Shown: positions 29,643-39,887 of the stretch, piece after piece
Position numbering within the stretch: the stretch's first letter is position 1
Layout of the letters: each line of letters begins with the position of its first letter
Origin: Vulcanisaeta sp. AZ3
Lineage (GTDB): Archaea; Thermoproteota; Thermoprotei; Thermoproteales; Thermocladiaceae
DNA: 64,000 nt
Assembly (NCBI GenBank): GCA_000960865.2
Contig: JZWU02000003.1
Coordinates: 11,250-75,249, forward strand
Direction of reading: 5' to 3'
Translations under genes and position numbers: made by a program
Notes under the pieces: model-generated
What the model was told of the DNA's origin: nothing
The model's input: the letters and a program-made list of their open reading frames with translations, nothing else
Database searches by the model: none

Positions 29643-30659
29643 CTATCGCTTTACATAGAGCCAACACTTAACATAAACACCCCGTCTAGCCTCCACGATA
29701 GGCGGCTCCTCCTTCTTACAAATATCCATGGCATATGGGCATCTTGGATGGAATCTACACCCTGGTGGTGGGTTTATGAGGTTTGGTGGTTCACCAGGTG
29801 CTACCTTCCTCTCAACCAACCTATTATTTGGGTCAGGATCTGGTATTGCCTCTATTAATGATTGCGCATATGGGTGAAGTGGGTTCTTAATAACGTCCTT
29901 AAATAAGCCGTATTCGGCGAACTGGCCTGCATACATTATCAATATGTAATCACTGAAGTACTTTGCCGTGGATATATCGTGAGTTATGTACATGAATGCC
30001 ATCTTATGCCTCTGCTGTATTTCCTTAAGTATCGTAAGTATCTCAACCCTAATGGAGGCATCAAGCATTGAAACAGGCTCATCAGCAACTATAAAATCTG
30101 GATTCGTAATCACCGCTCTAGCTATCGAAACCCTCTGCCTCTGACCTCCAGAAAGCATATGTGGGTACTTATTAATGAAGTCCTCAGGCGGTGTTAACTT
30201 AACTTCCTCAAGAGCCTTATAAATCCCCTCCTCCCTCTCCTCGGCCGGCACCCCCTGAACAATCAATGGCTCCTCCAATATAAAATGCACACTATGGAAT
30301 GGATTAAGACTTGAGTATGGATCTTGAAAAACCATACCAACTCTCCTCCTAAATCCCATCCTCTTCAGCTCCTCCTCCTTAGCATATGTTATATCATTAC
30401 TATCAAAATAAATCTCACCAGAAATCGGCCTCAAAAGCCTAACCATTGTCCTACCAAGCGTCGTTTTACCACTACCTGACTCACCAACAACAGCCAATGT
30501 CACTCCTCTCTCAATACTAAAGCTAATGTCATCAACAGCCTTAACAAACCTCGGCGCCGCAAATAAGCCAGGCTTTATTGTGTAGTAGGTCCTCAATCTA
30601 TGAGCAATAACCAAACTATCTCTCTTCACCCATGGCGTATCCTCAAACACATTAGACAT
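29643..30659 (-). CDS. oppF: oligo/dipeptide ABC transporter ATPase (OppF/DppF-like)
   Basis: GESGSGKTT, LSGGQRQR, ADEP, C-terminal GCRFHPRCP. Confidence 0.92.
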   Translation of the reverse strand: MSNVFEDTPWVKRDSLVIAHRLRTYYTIKPGLFAAPRFVKAVDDISFSIERGVTLAVVGESGSGKTTLGRTMVRLLRPISGEIYFDSNDITYAKEEELKRMGFRRRVGMVFQDPYSSLNPFHSVHFILEEPLIVQGVPAEEREEGIYKALEEVKLTPPEDFINKYPHMLSGGQRQRVSIARAVITNPDFIVADEPVSMLDASIRVEILTILKEIQQRHKMAFMYITHDISTAKYFSDYILIMYAGQFAEYGLFKDVIKNPLHPYAQSLIEAIPDPDPNNRLVERKVAPGEPPNLINPPPGCRFHPRCPYAMDICKKEEPPIVEARRGVYVKCWLYVKR

Positions 30660-30729
30660 TGAGAAACTCTTGATTCATTATTTAAAAAGTTAACCTACAT
30701 TTACGAATATATGCATATTGAAACTATGA

Positions 30730-31719
30730 TTACCTATATAACCAACAAAGGACTAAATGCCTCCTCGAAGACTTACCCTCAAGCTCTACTAACGGCGGAT
30801 CCTGAACATCACAAAGCCCCTTTAAATAATCCCTATCCCTATAGAACGGGCATCTTGGGTGAAATCTACACCCTGATGGCGGATTTATGAGACTCGGGAC
30901 CTCGCCAGGTATGAAGGACAGTGTCTTATCAACCCTTAATGTTGGTACACTCGATATTAAGCCCTGTGTATACGGGTGACTCGGATTATGATATATATCT
31001 TCGGCACCTCCAATCTCCACCAACTTACCTGCATACATTATTGCAACAGAATCCGCCAACTCACTGGCTAATGCTAAATCGTGCGTTATAAATATGTAGG
31101 ACAACTTAAACTCCCACTTCAGCTTCTTAAGTAGGTTCATTATGTTTGCCTGCGTAATTACATCAAGAGCCGATGTTGGTTCGTCAAGAATTACTATCTT
31201 TGGATGAGCCATTATTGACATAGCTATTATTACCCTTTGCTTCATACCGCCACTTAATTGATGTGGATACCTATTGACTATATCCCTTGGAAGACCCACA
31301 GCCTCCAAGGAATCCATAGCCATCTTAAGAGCCTCCTCCCTACCCACACCTTGTAGCAGGAGAGGTTCTATCATCTGATCTCCAATCTTTATGACCGGGT
31401 TTAGGGCATTCATTGATGCTTGAGGCACCATAGCAATTTTCTTCCACCTAACCTCTCTCCTGAACTCCTCCTCACTTATATGGAGAACCTCCCTACCCTC
31501 TAAGTAAATCTCACCATCAGCTAGAGAGACATTCCTCTCCCAAACCCTAACAAGCAACTTAGCCAATGTAGACTTACCACTACCTGACTCACCAACAACA
31601 GCCAGACTCTCTCCCTCATTCAACTCAAAAGACACACCGTCAACAGCCTTAACAATACCCTTACTCGTTCCATAATAAAGCCTTGCATTCTTAACATCAA
31701 GCAACACCATAACAATCAC
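30730..31719 (-). CDS. oppD: oligo/dipeptide ABC transporter ATPase (OppD/DppD-like)
   Basis: GESGSGKST, YPHQLSGGMKQR, LDEPTSALD, GCRFHPRCP. Confidence 0.92.
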   Translation of the reverse strand: MIVMVLLDVKNARLYYGTSKGIVKAVDGVSFELNEGESLAVVGESGSGKSTLAKLLVRVWERNVSLADGEIYLEGREVLHISEEEFRREVRWKKIAMVPQASMNALNPVIKIGDQMIEPLLLQGVGREEALKMAMDSLEAVGLPRDIVNRYPHQLSGGMKQRVIIAMSIMAHPKIVILDEPTSALDVITQANIMNLLKKLKWEFKLSYIFITHDLALASELADSVAIMYAGKLVEIGGAEDIYHNPSHPYTQGLISSVPTLRVDKTLSFIPGEVPSLINPPSGCRFHPRCPFYRDRDYLKGLCDVQDPPLVELEGKSSRRHLVLCWLYR

Positions 31720-33143
31720 CCATACCTAAGCCTCGGATTAACCACAGGCTCAGAAGCCATAGCAGCCAATATGAATACCACAGCTGTGTAAGCCACGAGA
31801 AGGCCAGGTGGTATAACCCACCACCAATAACCCGAGGTCAACGCACCAAAAACATCCGCATAATAAAGCAGCATACCCCAGGTTGGGTACTCAGACCCAG
31901 CTAGGCCAAGGAAGTTTATTGAAGTTATTGTTAATATTCCACCAGGCACACCAGTCACAAGTAGGTATAGTATGTACGGAATTATTTGCGGTAATATATG
32001 ATTCCTAAGTATCCACATTCTACTCGCACCAGCTATCATTGCAGATTCTATATATTGAGCGCTCCTTATCTGCATTACCATAGCCCTAATAATCCTAGCC
32101 GAACCACCCCAAGACAGAATAGCGAGGAAAATAATTGCATCCCAAATGCTCCAACGAAACAGTACAGAAAATACTATTAATAATGGAAAGGCTGGTAGCA
32201 ATATTGTGAAGTCCGTAAGCCTCATCAACCCCTCATCGGCTAAACCACCATAGAAGCCCGCCACAATACCTATCACTACAGCAATAATAACCGCTATTAA
32301 GGCGGTTAACAAACCTATGGCTAAATCAATTGGAAAACCCGCCAATAAACCAAGCCATAAATCATGACCCTCATTATCAGTACCCATTAACCCATACACC
32401 TGTCCCTGAAGCACAACCTTAAGATCATCCTTATTAATTATTGATGTACCATTTCCTGAAAATACATAAAAAACAAGCCTAAAGTTATACACACCCTTTA
32501 ACGGAGTTAACCTACCATCATCCACAGTATAGAATAAATATGGCGTAGCCGGCTGTCCCGAAGGCACAACACTAATTATATGATACTTCTCAGCATAGAA
32601 TAGGTTCACTTGACTAACAACCTGCGGAGCAGCACCAAGTAGCGTAGTCTCACTGCTAATGGGTAATGGGCCCAGGGTTAACTCACTACCATCCGGCCTA
32701 GTAACTATTATTGAGAGGAGAGGAGGCTGTGACAAGCCATATATTGATGGATTATTTATGACTATGAAGATCTCACTCCACGGATGGTCATACCTATAAT
32801 CAACACTGAAGGACACGGTTATGTAAGTAGTACCATCACTCCGTTGAACCGTGTACTGATAATTATCAACGTAGACCTGCGGTGAATAGACAGGACCTAT
32901 TAACGAATCTACCCAGGCTGGCGGCGCATATTCAGGATTTAATTGCCAATAATTAGGATTATTCCAAACACTCCCAAAATTTGATGGCAACACTATTAAT
33001 GCATAGATTGAAAATACAATAAGTACTATAAACAGTACTAAAGCAACCTTACCAACACTACTTGAGATAAACTCTCTAGCTATCTCACCCGGTGTCATCC
33101 CGAGGATCCTAAATTCACTCTTCCTCCTAGCCATAACCCTCAC
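31716..33143 (-). CDS. oppC: peptide ABC transporter permease (OppC-like) with large extracellular insertion
   Basis: GLMGTDNEGHD, EAA loop YIESAMIAGAS, PTWGMLL, WWWVIPPG, NPRLR. Confidence 0.9.
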   Translation of the reverse strand: MRVMARRKSEFRILGMTPGEIAREFISSSVGKVALVLFIVLIVFSIYALIVLPSNFGSVWNNPNYWQLNPEYAPPAWVDSLIGPVYSPQVYVDNYQYTVQRSDGTTYITVSFSVDYRYDHPWSEIFIVINNPSIYGLSQPPLLSIIVTRPDGSELTLGPLPISSETTLLGAAPQVVSQVNLFYAEKYHIISVVPSGQPATPYLFYTVDDGRLTPLKGVYNFRLVFYVFSGNGTSIINKDDLKVVLQGQVYGLMGTDNEGHDLWLGLLAGFPIDLAIGLLTALIAVIIAVVIGIVAGFYGGLADEGLMRLTDFTILLPAFPLLIVFSVLFRWSIWDAIIFLAILSWGGSARIIRAMVMQIRSAQYIESAMIAGASRMWILRNHILPQIIPYILYLLVTGVPGGILTITSINFLGLAGSEYPTWGMLLYYADVFGALTSGYWWWVIPPGLLVAYTAVVFILAAMASEPVVNPRLRYG

Positions 33144-34249
33144 TCTCTAAGTCTAGGATCTAGGATTATATAGACTATCTCCATTATAAATATTATCACT
33201 ATGTAGAGTAACGTCGATGCATATGTTAATGCAACAACAACGGGTAAGTCAGGTATTGGTGATCCAACAATCGCTATGTTATACACATAACCAAGACCCC
33301 ACCAATGAAACACAGCCTCAGTAATCAGGAACCCGCCAAATATTATAAATGGTATCGTAATAAAGACACTGGTCAATATTGATGGAGCCGCAGGCCTCAG
33401 AATATACCTATTAACAACCTGGCTCTCCGGTAAACCCTTTATCTTAGCAAACGTCACAAAATCCTCCTGAGAAGTACTGAGGACAACAGTCCTTGCGAAG
33501 TAAGCCCAACCACCAATATTAATTATTAAAACTGTAACGAGAGGTAATGTGAAATGCCAAAGCAAGTTAAGGACAGCTGAGGGTATTGCAAACACCTTAA
33601 GCGGATTTGTAAGCCATAAAGTATAATACTCAGGACTTAAAATACCACCCGCAGGGAAGTAAATAGGCGCGTGCATTTGTGTTAGGTAAAATGCAAATAC
33701 CAGTAACAAGACGACACCGAACCACCACTGAGGAATACCATATGACAACGCTGCATAATACATGACTGCCTTATCAGTTTTAGAACCATACTTAAGGGCT
33801 GACCAAAGCCCCACCTCAATACCAATTAAGGCACTAAGAAGTATTCCAAAGGTATCAAGGAGTATCGTACCCGGCAAAGCAGATAAGATTATATCCACAA
33901 CCTTACCACCACCAACATTACCATACTCATTGGGGAAATACGAGTAACCCCAATTAAAAGCTAACATATTGTACATAATATACAATGTCCTAATGACAGG
34001 CGGCTGATTAAGTCCATAGGCATTCCTTAACTGCGTAATTATTTGTTGCTGAATATGCTGTATTTGTGTTGTGTTATAATGCCCATGTATCATTAAGTTC
34101 ATTACTATAGACTTAGCCTCCAACATTATCTCAGACTCAAGAATCTTCGAAGCAGGTCCTGAAAGCGCAAAAGATATTATGAAGAGAACAATAAGTAGCA
34201 AAATAACAAGTGTGGCAGCCCTAACAGCCAACGTCCTAGTGAGTCCCAT
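33140..34249 (-). CDS. oppB: peptide ABC transporter permease (OppB-like)
   Basis: YGLNQP, EDFVTFAKIKGL, EAVFHWWGLG, LDPRLR. Confidence 0.9.
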   Translation of the reverse strand: MGLTRTLAVRAATLVILLLIVLFIISFALSGPASKILESEIMLEAKSIVMNLMIHGHYNTTQIQHIQQQIITQLRNAYGLNQPPVIRTLYIMYNMLAFNWGYSYFPNEYGNVGGGKVVDIILSALPGTILLDTFGILLSALIGIEVGLWSALKYGSKTDKAVMYYAALSYGIPQWWFGVVLLLVFAFYLTQMHAPIYFPAGGILSPEYYTLWLTNPLKVFAIPSAVLNLLWHFTLPLVTVLIINIGGWAYFARTVVLSTSQEDFVTFAKIKGLPESQVVNRYILRPAAPSILTSVFITIPFIIFGGFLITEAVFHWWGLGYVYNIAIVGSPIPDLPVVVALTYASTLLYIVIIFIMEIVYIILDPRLRE

Positions 34250-34378
34250 TGATGATTAAATTACCATAGGCTATTTAAGTCTTACTAACATATGTAGATC
34301 AATTTAGAAAATCATAATTAAAAGAATTATAAATATGAGAATTTTAATTTTAATGCAACTTTAATTAATTAATTAGCC

Positions 34379-37060
34379 TTACCTTTTCCTTCTCCTAATC
34401 GCAAGCCAGGCACCGATTGCAATTACCACCACTACCACAATTATTACTACCGTTATCCATAACCATGCATAACTCACTGTGGGCGGTGGTGTTGGCGGTG
34501 GTGGCGGCGGTGGTGGAGGTGGCGATACTGTTAATGATGTGACATACTGCACAGGCAATGTTACAATATTAGTGAAGGCATATATCAATAAATTGTACGC
34601 CCCCGGCGTTAATGTCGCCGTTACACTACTCGGTATTGTTACTGTCAACACGCCTGGTGTTGTTGAGCTAGCAAAGGTTTCGTAGATAATCTTCCCAGTG
34701 CTTGGATTTATCAAGTAAACATAACCCTCTGGATTACCTACCGCCTTCATGCTAATTGTTAATGTCGCAGTAGTGTTCACGGTTACTGACGTCGGCGATA
34801 CTGATACTATACTTGGTACAAGGCTCGATGGCACTGATGTAACACCTAACTTAACGAACACTTGCTTAAACCAATACGTGTAATTATATGGATAGCCAGT
34901 CCATCTAACAAATACTGCAGACTGCGGAACTACCGTGCTTATACTCTTTAGAATGTATGGTCCATTACTTATCCAGAAGTTACCGTAGGTATTATAGAAG
35001 TTAAGTGCATACTTATAATCCTGAACAGCCGTAGCAGTTGGATTGGGGCCGAGGAAGTTATAACCATTAACAATAGCCCAAGAACCATTATCCCAAATAT
35101 AACCCGTGCTAATCCAATTCTGCAATACACTAGCCAAGTATGCGTTAAAAGCAGGCGATCTAAAGTCCTCCTGCGGAACCTTCAATGACTGAGCCTCACC
35201 ACTTGTGAATGCATACTTACCCTGCTGGTAGGCATACATTTCAAGAGCCTCAACAACCCATGGGTTAGCAAGCGTTGGGAACCCAGGTGCGTAAAAAGAA
35301 GCAACTATATTGGGGTCTGGGAACCAGTAGGTGCCGTAGACAACTACAGTGCCGTTCGGGAAGAATTGCATACCCACTATTGTACTCGTAGTAGTAGATA
35401 TTACACCACCAACATCGCTGGCTGTCGCCTGATTAGGCCCTAGGTCAGGTGCCCCTGTGGTTGTTGTTGCAGCAAGGTCGAACCACGTGTAGTAGTAGAA
35501 TATTATGTCCGCCATGCTTATGGGCTGACCATCCTGCCACTCCTGACCAAGCCACGTACCGTTGAAGTAGTAATAAACAACGTCCTTCGCATACTGGCCA
35601 GGACCAACTGGTTGCCACTTCTCTGTGGTTGCGTTCCAAATTACAGCGTTCGGCGGTACTGGGTATATTGCTGAGCCATTGGGGCTTAGCTTGGCCACAT
35701 ACCAAGAACCCCTTAACGGCATTGGTTCACCTGTGAATGGGTTGTAGTAGGCGAATGGGTCACTGGTGAACTCCTGTATTATGTCGTCTGTATATGTATC
35801 GATGGATACGTACCACCCGAAGGTATTCATTGGGAATTCACTAACGTGGAGCATACCAACATTGAGCGTGTCTGGGTGGGTTGTTGAGTATGCGAATTTA
35901 ATGCCGAGTGGCCATTCTAAGCCGAAGACACTTGGCATCCAATTTGTTAGGTTCTGTATTGGGTATGGGAATGTACCAGCAACAAGCCAGACCCTAACTG
36001 CTTGCTGGAAACAGTCGTATAGGGATGTCTCTGAGTAGTTCTCGAATTGCTGTAGGCTTGTGAAGTTTCCAATGGAGACCCATGTAGTTAATGTATTGAT
36101 TGTAGAGTTCGTGTACTGCCAGTAACCTGTCACGCCCCAGCCTGGCATGTCGCCGGTCCAGGTGGCACAGAAGTAGGCGCCTGCGCTTGTGTCCCATGGT
36201 GTTGGGGTTATTGTCCAAGCCTCGGTGTATATTGACCACTCCATACTGGCTGGGTTTGAGCCGTAGACTATTGTTAATGCGTCGGATAGTGTGCCGTATA
36301 TTGGCTTAACAGTGAAGCCTAGGCTCTCTAGTGCTGACATGAACATCTGGCCCATTGCGTACCTGTATGGGTCGTCCTTTCTAATGAAAAATATTATGGT
36401 GACTGGTTGTGGGGTTGTGCTGTTTGGTGGTATGTAGTACCACTTGTGGTTTATGTAGAGTATTCTACCGACCCATGGGTTTGGCATGCCGTCGAAGGTT
36501 GATGAGGTGTTTATGGCCTTGAATATCTGGAATAATGATTGATTCACGTAGGTTGGGTTGTAATGAATGTTTGCCTGTACGATCTTACCTTGAATTAATA
36601 ATTGACTCTTTAGTGCGAAGGGGCTTGGCCAGTCATACATTGGTGTTGCGTAGCCTGAGAATACCTGTGTTACTATTGCGCTCCTATCGACTAGGTAATT
36701 CATTAGGAATCTAACTTGCCAGTAGGCGAATGGGTTGAAGGTGGTGTTGCTTGGGTATGGGTTGAAGAGTAGGTCGTAGCCTGAGGTTATTGCTGGGCTG
36801 ACCATTTGTATACCTGGTGTGGTGGCTAATTGGGATAATACGTTGGGTGGTAGTGCGAATGGATTTAGGTATATGTCTATTTTGTTTGATGTGAAGTATT
36901 GTACGGCTTCCGTTGGGCTTACTTCGTATACATAAATTGTGGATGGCATTGTGAGGGTCTGTTGTGCATTGATTGTGAGACTTAAGGCTAGGGCTATTAT
37001 CGTTATTGCCATTACTGTTATTATAAGCACGTAACTTATGGTTTCTCCTTTGTTAGGCAT
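34379..37060 (-). CDS. oppA: peptide ABC transporter substrate-binding protein (family 5), C-terminally anchored
   Basis: Signal peptide, FNPFAYWQVRFLMNYLVDR, WQDGQPISMADI, WISNGPY, poly-Pro linker, TM helix and RRRKR tail. Confidence 0.88.
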   Translation of the reverse strand: MPNKGETISYVLIITVMAITIIALALSLTINAQQTLTMPSTIYVYEVSPTEAVQYFTSNKIDIYLNPFALPPNVLSQLATTPGIQMVSPAITSGYDLLFNPYPSNTTFNPFAYWQVRFLMNYLVDRSAIVTQVFSGYATPMYDWPSPFALKSQLLIQGKIVQANIHYNPTYVNQSLFQIFKAINTSSTFDGMPNPWVGRILYINHKWYYIPPNSTTPQPVTIIFFIRKDDPYRYAMGQMFMSALESLGFTVKPIYGTLSDALTIVYGSNPASMEWSIYTEAWTITPTPWDTSAGAYFCATWTGDMPGWGVTGYWQYTNSTINTLTTWVSIGNFTSLQQFENYSETSLYDCFQQAVRVWLVAGTFPYPIQNLTNWMPSVFGLEWPLGIKFAYSTTHPDTLNVGMLHVSEFPMNTFGWYVSIDTYTDDIIQEFTSDPFAYYNPFTGEPMPLRGSWYVAKLSPNGSAIYPVPPNAVIWNATTEKWQPVGPGQYAKDVVYYYFNGTWLGQEWQDGQPISMADIIFYYYTWFDLAATTTTGAPDLGPNQATASDVGGVISTTTSTIVGMQFFPNGTVVVYGTYWFPDPNIVASFYAPGFPTLANPWVVEALEMYAYQQGKYAFTSGEAQSLKVPQEDFRSPAFNAYLASVLQNWISTGYIWDNGSWAIVNGYNFLGPNPTATAVQDYKYALNFYNTYGNFWISNGPYILKSISTVVPQSAVFVRWTGYPYNYTYWFKQVFVKLGVTSVPSSLVPSIVSVSPTSVTVNTTATLTISMKAVGNPEGYVYLINPSTGKIIYETFASSTTPGVLTVTIPSSVTATLTPGAYNLLIYAFTNIVTLPVQYVTSLTVSPPPPPPPPPPTPPPTVSYAWLWITVVIIVVVVVIAIGAWLAIRRRKR
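34479..34523 (-). repeat. poly-proline coding repeat inside the substrate-binding protein
   Basis: Plus-strand (ggt/ggc/gga)n run encoding PPPPPPPPPPPTPPP. Confidence 0.9.
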
Positions 37061-37084
37061 AATGTTATCATCTTATCTAGGTAT

Positions 37085-37573
37085 TTAAGTTTTTCTAGAT
37101 ATATTGGTTATTAATTCTATAAATCCAGTTATTAATAATGATATTGTTAGTATAAATAGTATTGTTAGTATAATAGTCAATGCATTGGCCAGTGCGGATC
37201 TACGGATACCTAGTATTTCTATTTGTCCTTGTCCTGTTAATACTGTATTTAGTGAGGTTAATGTTGTGAAGTTGAGTGTTTTTAGTTGGTTTGGGCCTAG
37301 GTTTTCTGTGTAGTATAGTGTTATTGTGATGTTTGTCTCGGGTATCCATTTATTTATTGTTAAGTTTACGTGTAGACTGCTTTTGCTTGTCTCTAGGGTT
37401 ATTATTATTATGTCTGAGGGGTTTACGATGAATGTTTTATTTATTGCTGGTCCGTTGTAATATTGATTGACTTTGTATGGCATTAGTATTAGGAATATAG
37501 CCAATATTACTGTTATTGTGCCGAGTATGTATGCACTGATTATGAGTTTATTTCTCATTGCCTCACGAAGCAT
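37085..37573 (-). CDS. hypothetical membrane protein (N- and C-terminal TM helices)
   Basis: ORF 37085-37621; start moved to ATG 37573 because a TTTAAA box lies about 22-27 bp upstream. Confidence 0.65.
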   Translation of the reverse strand: MLREAMRNKLIISAYILGTITVILAIFLILMPYKVNQYYNGPAINKTFIVNPSDIIIITLETSKSSLHVNLTINKWIPETNITITLYYTENLGPNQLKTLNFTTLTSLNTVLTGQGQIEILGIRRSALANALTIILTILFILTISLLITGFIELITNISRKT

Positions 37574-37609
37574 TGAAGAATAACTAGTTATGAATTTAAA
37601 GACCTTACT

Positions 37610-37636
37610 AACCCCTTCCAAGGTAAGGAAGGGGTT
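37610..37636. repeat. 10-bp perfect inverted repeat (hairpin)
   Basis: AACCCCTTCC-aaggtaa-GGAAGGGGTT. Confidence 0.8.
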
Positions 37637-37778
37637 GACTTATGGCTTATTCACTGGTTGGGTCTTTGCCTATTCAGGGTTTACAATAGGTCTTTCATAG
37701 GGTTTTCTTAATTCTGTAATTAATTTCTGCGAGGCGGTGTTTATTATTTAAGAGTTAGGAGAAGACTGTACTACTGGT

Positions 37779-37934
37779 TTATGGTTTTAGTTTGGTTCTT
37801 CTCCAGAGTCTTCTGGCTGGGTTTGTTAGGACTTTTCTGTTTGTTCTTGCGGTTACCCATATTGGTGGTGCTCTATTTGATTTGTTTGCTGCTGCAAGTC
37901 TTAGTTTCCTGCCTAGGGGTTTGTTCTTGGCCAT
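37779..37934 (-). CDS. rpl39e: 50S ribosomal protein L39e
   Basis: Manual translation [51 protein letters not shown] (51 aa); conserved order rps19e-PDCD5-rpl39e; absent from the ORF track. Confidence 0.95.
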   Translation of the reverse strand: MAKNKPLGRKLRLAAANKSNRAPPIWVTARTNRKVLTNPARRLWRRTKLKP

Positions 37935-37938
37935 ACTC

Positions 37939-38292
37939 TCACCTGTACCTTATCCTGAATTCCTTGCGGGTTTGTTTATAAATTGTTTCTAGTATTTTCT
38001 TTAGGTCTTCATCAGTTATGGGTACCTTAACCCTTCCTGACTGGGCTAGGGCTATTAACTGTTGCTCCAATGTGTCGACTAGTTCTGGCTTCACTATTCT
38101 GAGGTTGTCAAGTCTTTCCCTGGCCTCTGGTGTCAGTATTACTCTGAGGGCTGCCCTTCTCTGTGCCGCAAGTTCCTGCCTTTTTCTCTCCTCCTCGATC
38201 TGTTTCTCTAGTTCTTGCATTTTCCTTTGTCTAATTTCTTCAAGTTCCTCATCGTTAGTTGATTGCTCATAATAATCTTCGTCTGAAGACAT
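37939..38292 (-). CDS. PDCD5/MTH1615-family DNA-binding protein
   Basis: [53 protein letters not shown]. Confidence 0.93.
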   Translation of the reverse strand: MSSDEDYYEQSTNDEELEEIRQRKMQELEKQIEEERKRQELAAQRRAALRVILTPEARERLDNLRIVKPELVDTLEQQLIALAQSGRVKVPITDEDLKKILETIYKQTRKEFRIRYR

Positions 38293-38405
38293 CTTAGTGC
38301 AGAGCTACTGGGCTTATTTATTAACCTAAGCCTTAGTTGGGGTGTGAGGCCTTGTCTTTAGTATGGGTTGGGCTTGAGTTGTATTGCTTAGGGCTTGGTT
38401 TTTGT

Positions 38406-38888
38406 TTATTCGCTGGGTGTCTTTGGTGTTAAGTACTTATTTAATTCTGGCCTTTGTTTTGCAAGGTCCTTAAGTATATTTGTGGCTAATTTATCCAGTA
38501 GCGCCCTACCCTGTGGTGTCAAGACCCTACCCTCCTTAGCCTTGGTGACTAGGCCGGCGGTTTCTAGTTGATGTAGTATATTCCTTATTATTGCACCGCC
38601 AGCCTTCCTAGTTCTTTCGCTCCTAGTTCTAGGTCCCACCTTAGCTCTATAACTAAATGCCATTCTGAGGCTGCCAATGCCCACGGGTCCATTTAGGTAT
38701 ATTTTCCTTAGTATGGCGGCGGCTCTTACGTACCACCAATCATCTTGCATTGGGAGTCTGTCTTTATTAGCTCCTGTTTTTACGAATAATGCCCACTCGG
38801 GTGGTTTTACTTGTGGCACATTCTCCCTTAAGTACTTAGCTAGTTCCTTAATCATTAGGTCCGCAGGTACGTCTTTGACACTAACCAA
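38406..38888 (-). CDS. rps19e: 30S ribosomal protein S19e
   Basis: SVKDVPAD, KPPEWALFVKTG, DDWWYVRAAAILRKIY, GRVLTPQG. Start placed at TTG 38888. Confidence 0.96.
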   Translation of the reverse strand: MVSVKDVPADLMIKELAKYLRENVPQVKPPEWALFVKTGANKDRLPMQDDWWYVRAAAILRKIYLNGPVGIGSLRMAFSYRAKVGPRTRSERTRKAGGAIIRNILHQLETAGLVTKAKEGRVLTPQGRALLDKLATNILKDLAKQRPELNKYLTPKTPSE

Positions 38889-38976
38889 GGCTGGTCGCTG
38901 AACGTAGTTACTAGGGTTAATAAACATTAAGCTGCTTGTAAAATGCTTATAAGTGGACGTGGCAAGGGTTAATGTG

Positions 38977-39843
38977 ATGACTTTCTCCATAGTGGCTACG
39001 GATGGCATTGACATTGGTGTGGCTGTTGCTTCAAAATTCATAGCTGTGGGTGCGGTGGTGCCTCATGTTAAGGCACGTGTTGGTGCCGTGGCCACGCAAT
39101 GCTACGCAAATCCAAGGCTTGGGGATGCAATTCTCGACTTACTATCCAAGGGTCTTGCAGTAAATGAGGCGTTGGATAAGGCACTATCCTCTGATCCGGG
39201 TAGGGAGGATAGGCAGTTAGGTGTCGTGTCTATAAAAGGTGGCGCGGCAGCGTTTACAGGGTCTAGGTGTGCGTGGTATGCTGGTCATATAGTTGGTAGT
39301 AATTATGCTGTTCAGGGTAACATATTGACGGGACCGGAGGTACTTGAGAATATGGCTAAGGCCTTTGAGTCCAAGCGTGGAGAGCTTGTTGATAAACTTC
39401 TTGAGGCCTTGATGGCAGGTGATAGGGCTGGTGGCGATAGGAGGGGTAAGCAGTCAGCGGCTATAATAGTGCTTAGGCCTAGTGGTGGTTATTTGGGGCT
39501 CTCGGATGTCTATGTTGATCTTAGGGTTGATGATAATCCCGAGCCTGTGCAGGAGTTGCAGAGATTATTTAGTATTTGGGAGTTAACAATGCTTAATAGG
39601 GATGACCCGAGCGATATTATAGATAAATCTAGTATTGCAATGACGGTACAGAGAGTTCTTAAGGCTCTTGGCTTCTATAACGGTGAATTGACGGGTGTAT
39701 GGGATGAGACCACCGAGTTAGCCTTTGAGAATTGGGCTGGTTATGAGAATCTTGAGAATAAGATTAGGAAGGACGATAAGGTTTGGGGTTCAGTGCTCCG
39801 TTACTTAATTAATGAAGCTAGGCGTAGGGGTTTATCGATTTAG
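38977..39843 (+). CDS. DUF1028-family Ntn-hydrolase-like protein with C-terminal peptidoglycan-binding-like domain
   Basis: MTFSIVA, GVAVASKFIAVG, GAVATQ, QGNIL, GGDRRGKQSAA, DLRVDD; C-terminal VQRVLKALGFYNGELTGVWD. Confidence 0.88.
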   Translation: MTFSIVATDGIDIGVAVASKFIAVGAVVPHVKARVGAVATQCYANPRLGDAILDLLSKGLAVNEALDKALSSDPGREDRQLGVVSIKGGAAAFTGSRCAWYAGHIVGSNYAVQGNILTGPEVLENMAKAFESKRGELVDKLLEALMAGDRAGGDRRGKQSAAIIVLRPSGGYLGLSDVYVDLRVDDNPEPVQELQRLFSIWELTMLNRDDPSDIIDKSSIAMTVQRVLKALGFYNGELTGVWDETTELAFENWAGYENLENKIRKDDKVWGSVLRYLINEARRRGLSI

Positions 39844-39887
39844 TAGTAGAAGGTTTAATAAATGGGTTGCCTTCAGGGTTGTGTGTA

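Noticed and set aside
30460-31660. Near-identical DNA stretch (TTACCACTACCTGACTCACCAACAACAGCCA) in two places
   Set aside because: Walker A coding region shared by the paralogous OppD and OppF ATPases.
37781-37992. Two plus-strand 66-aa hydrophobic ORFs
   Set aside because: Antisense to rpl39e and the PDCD5-like gene, which are the real genes.
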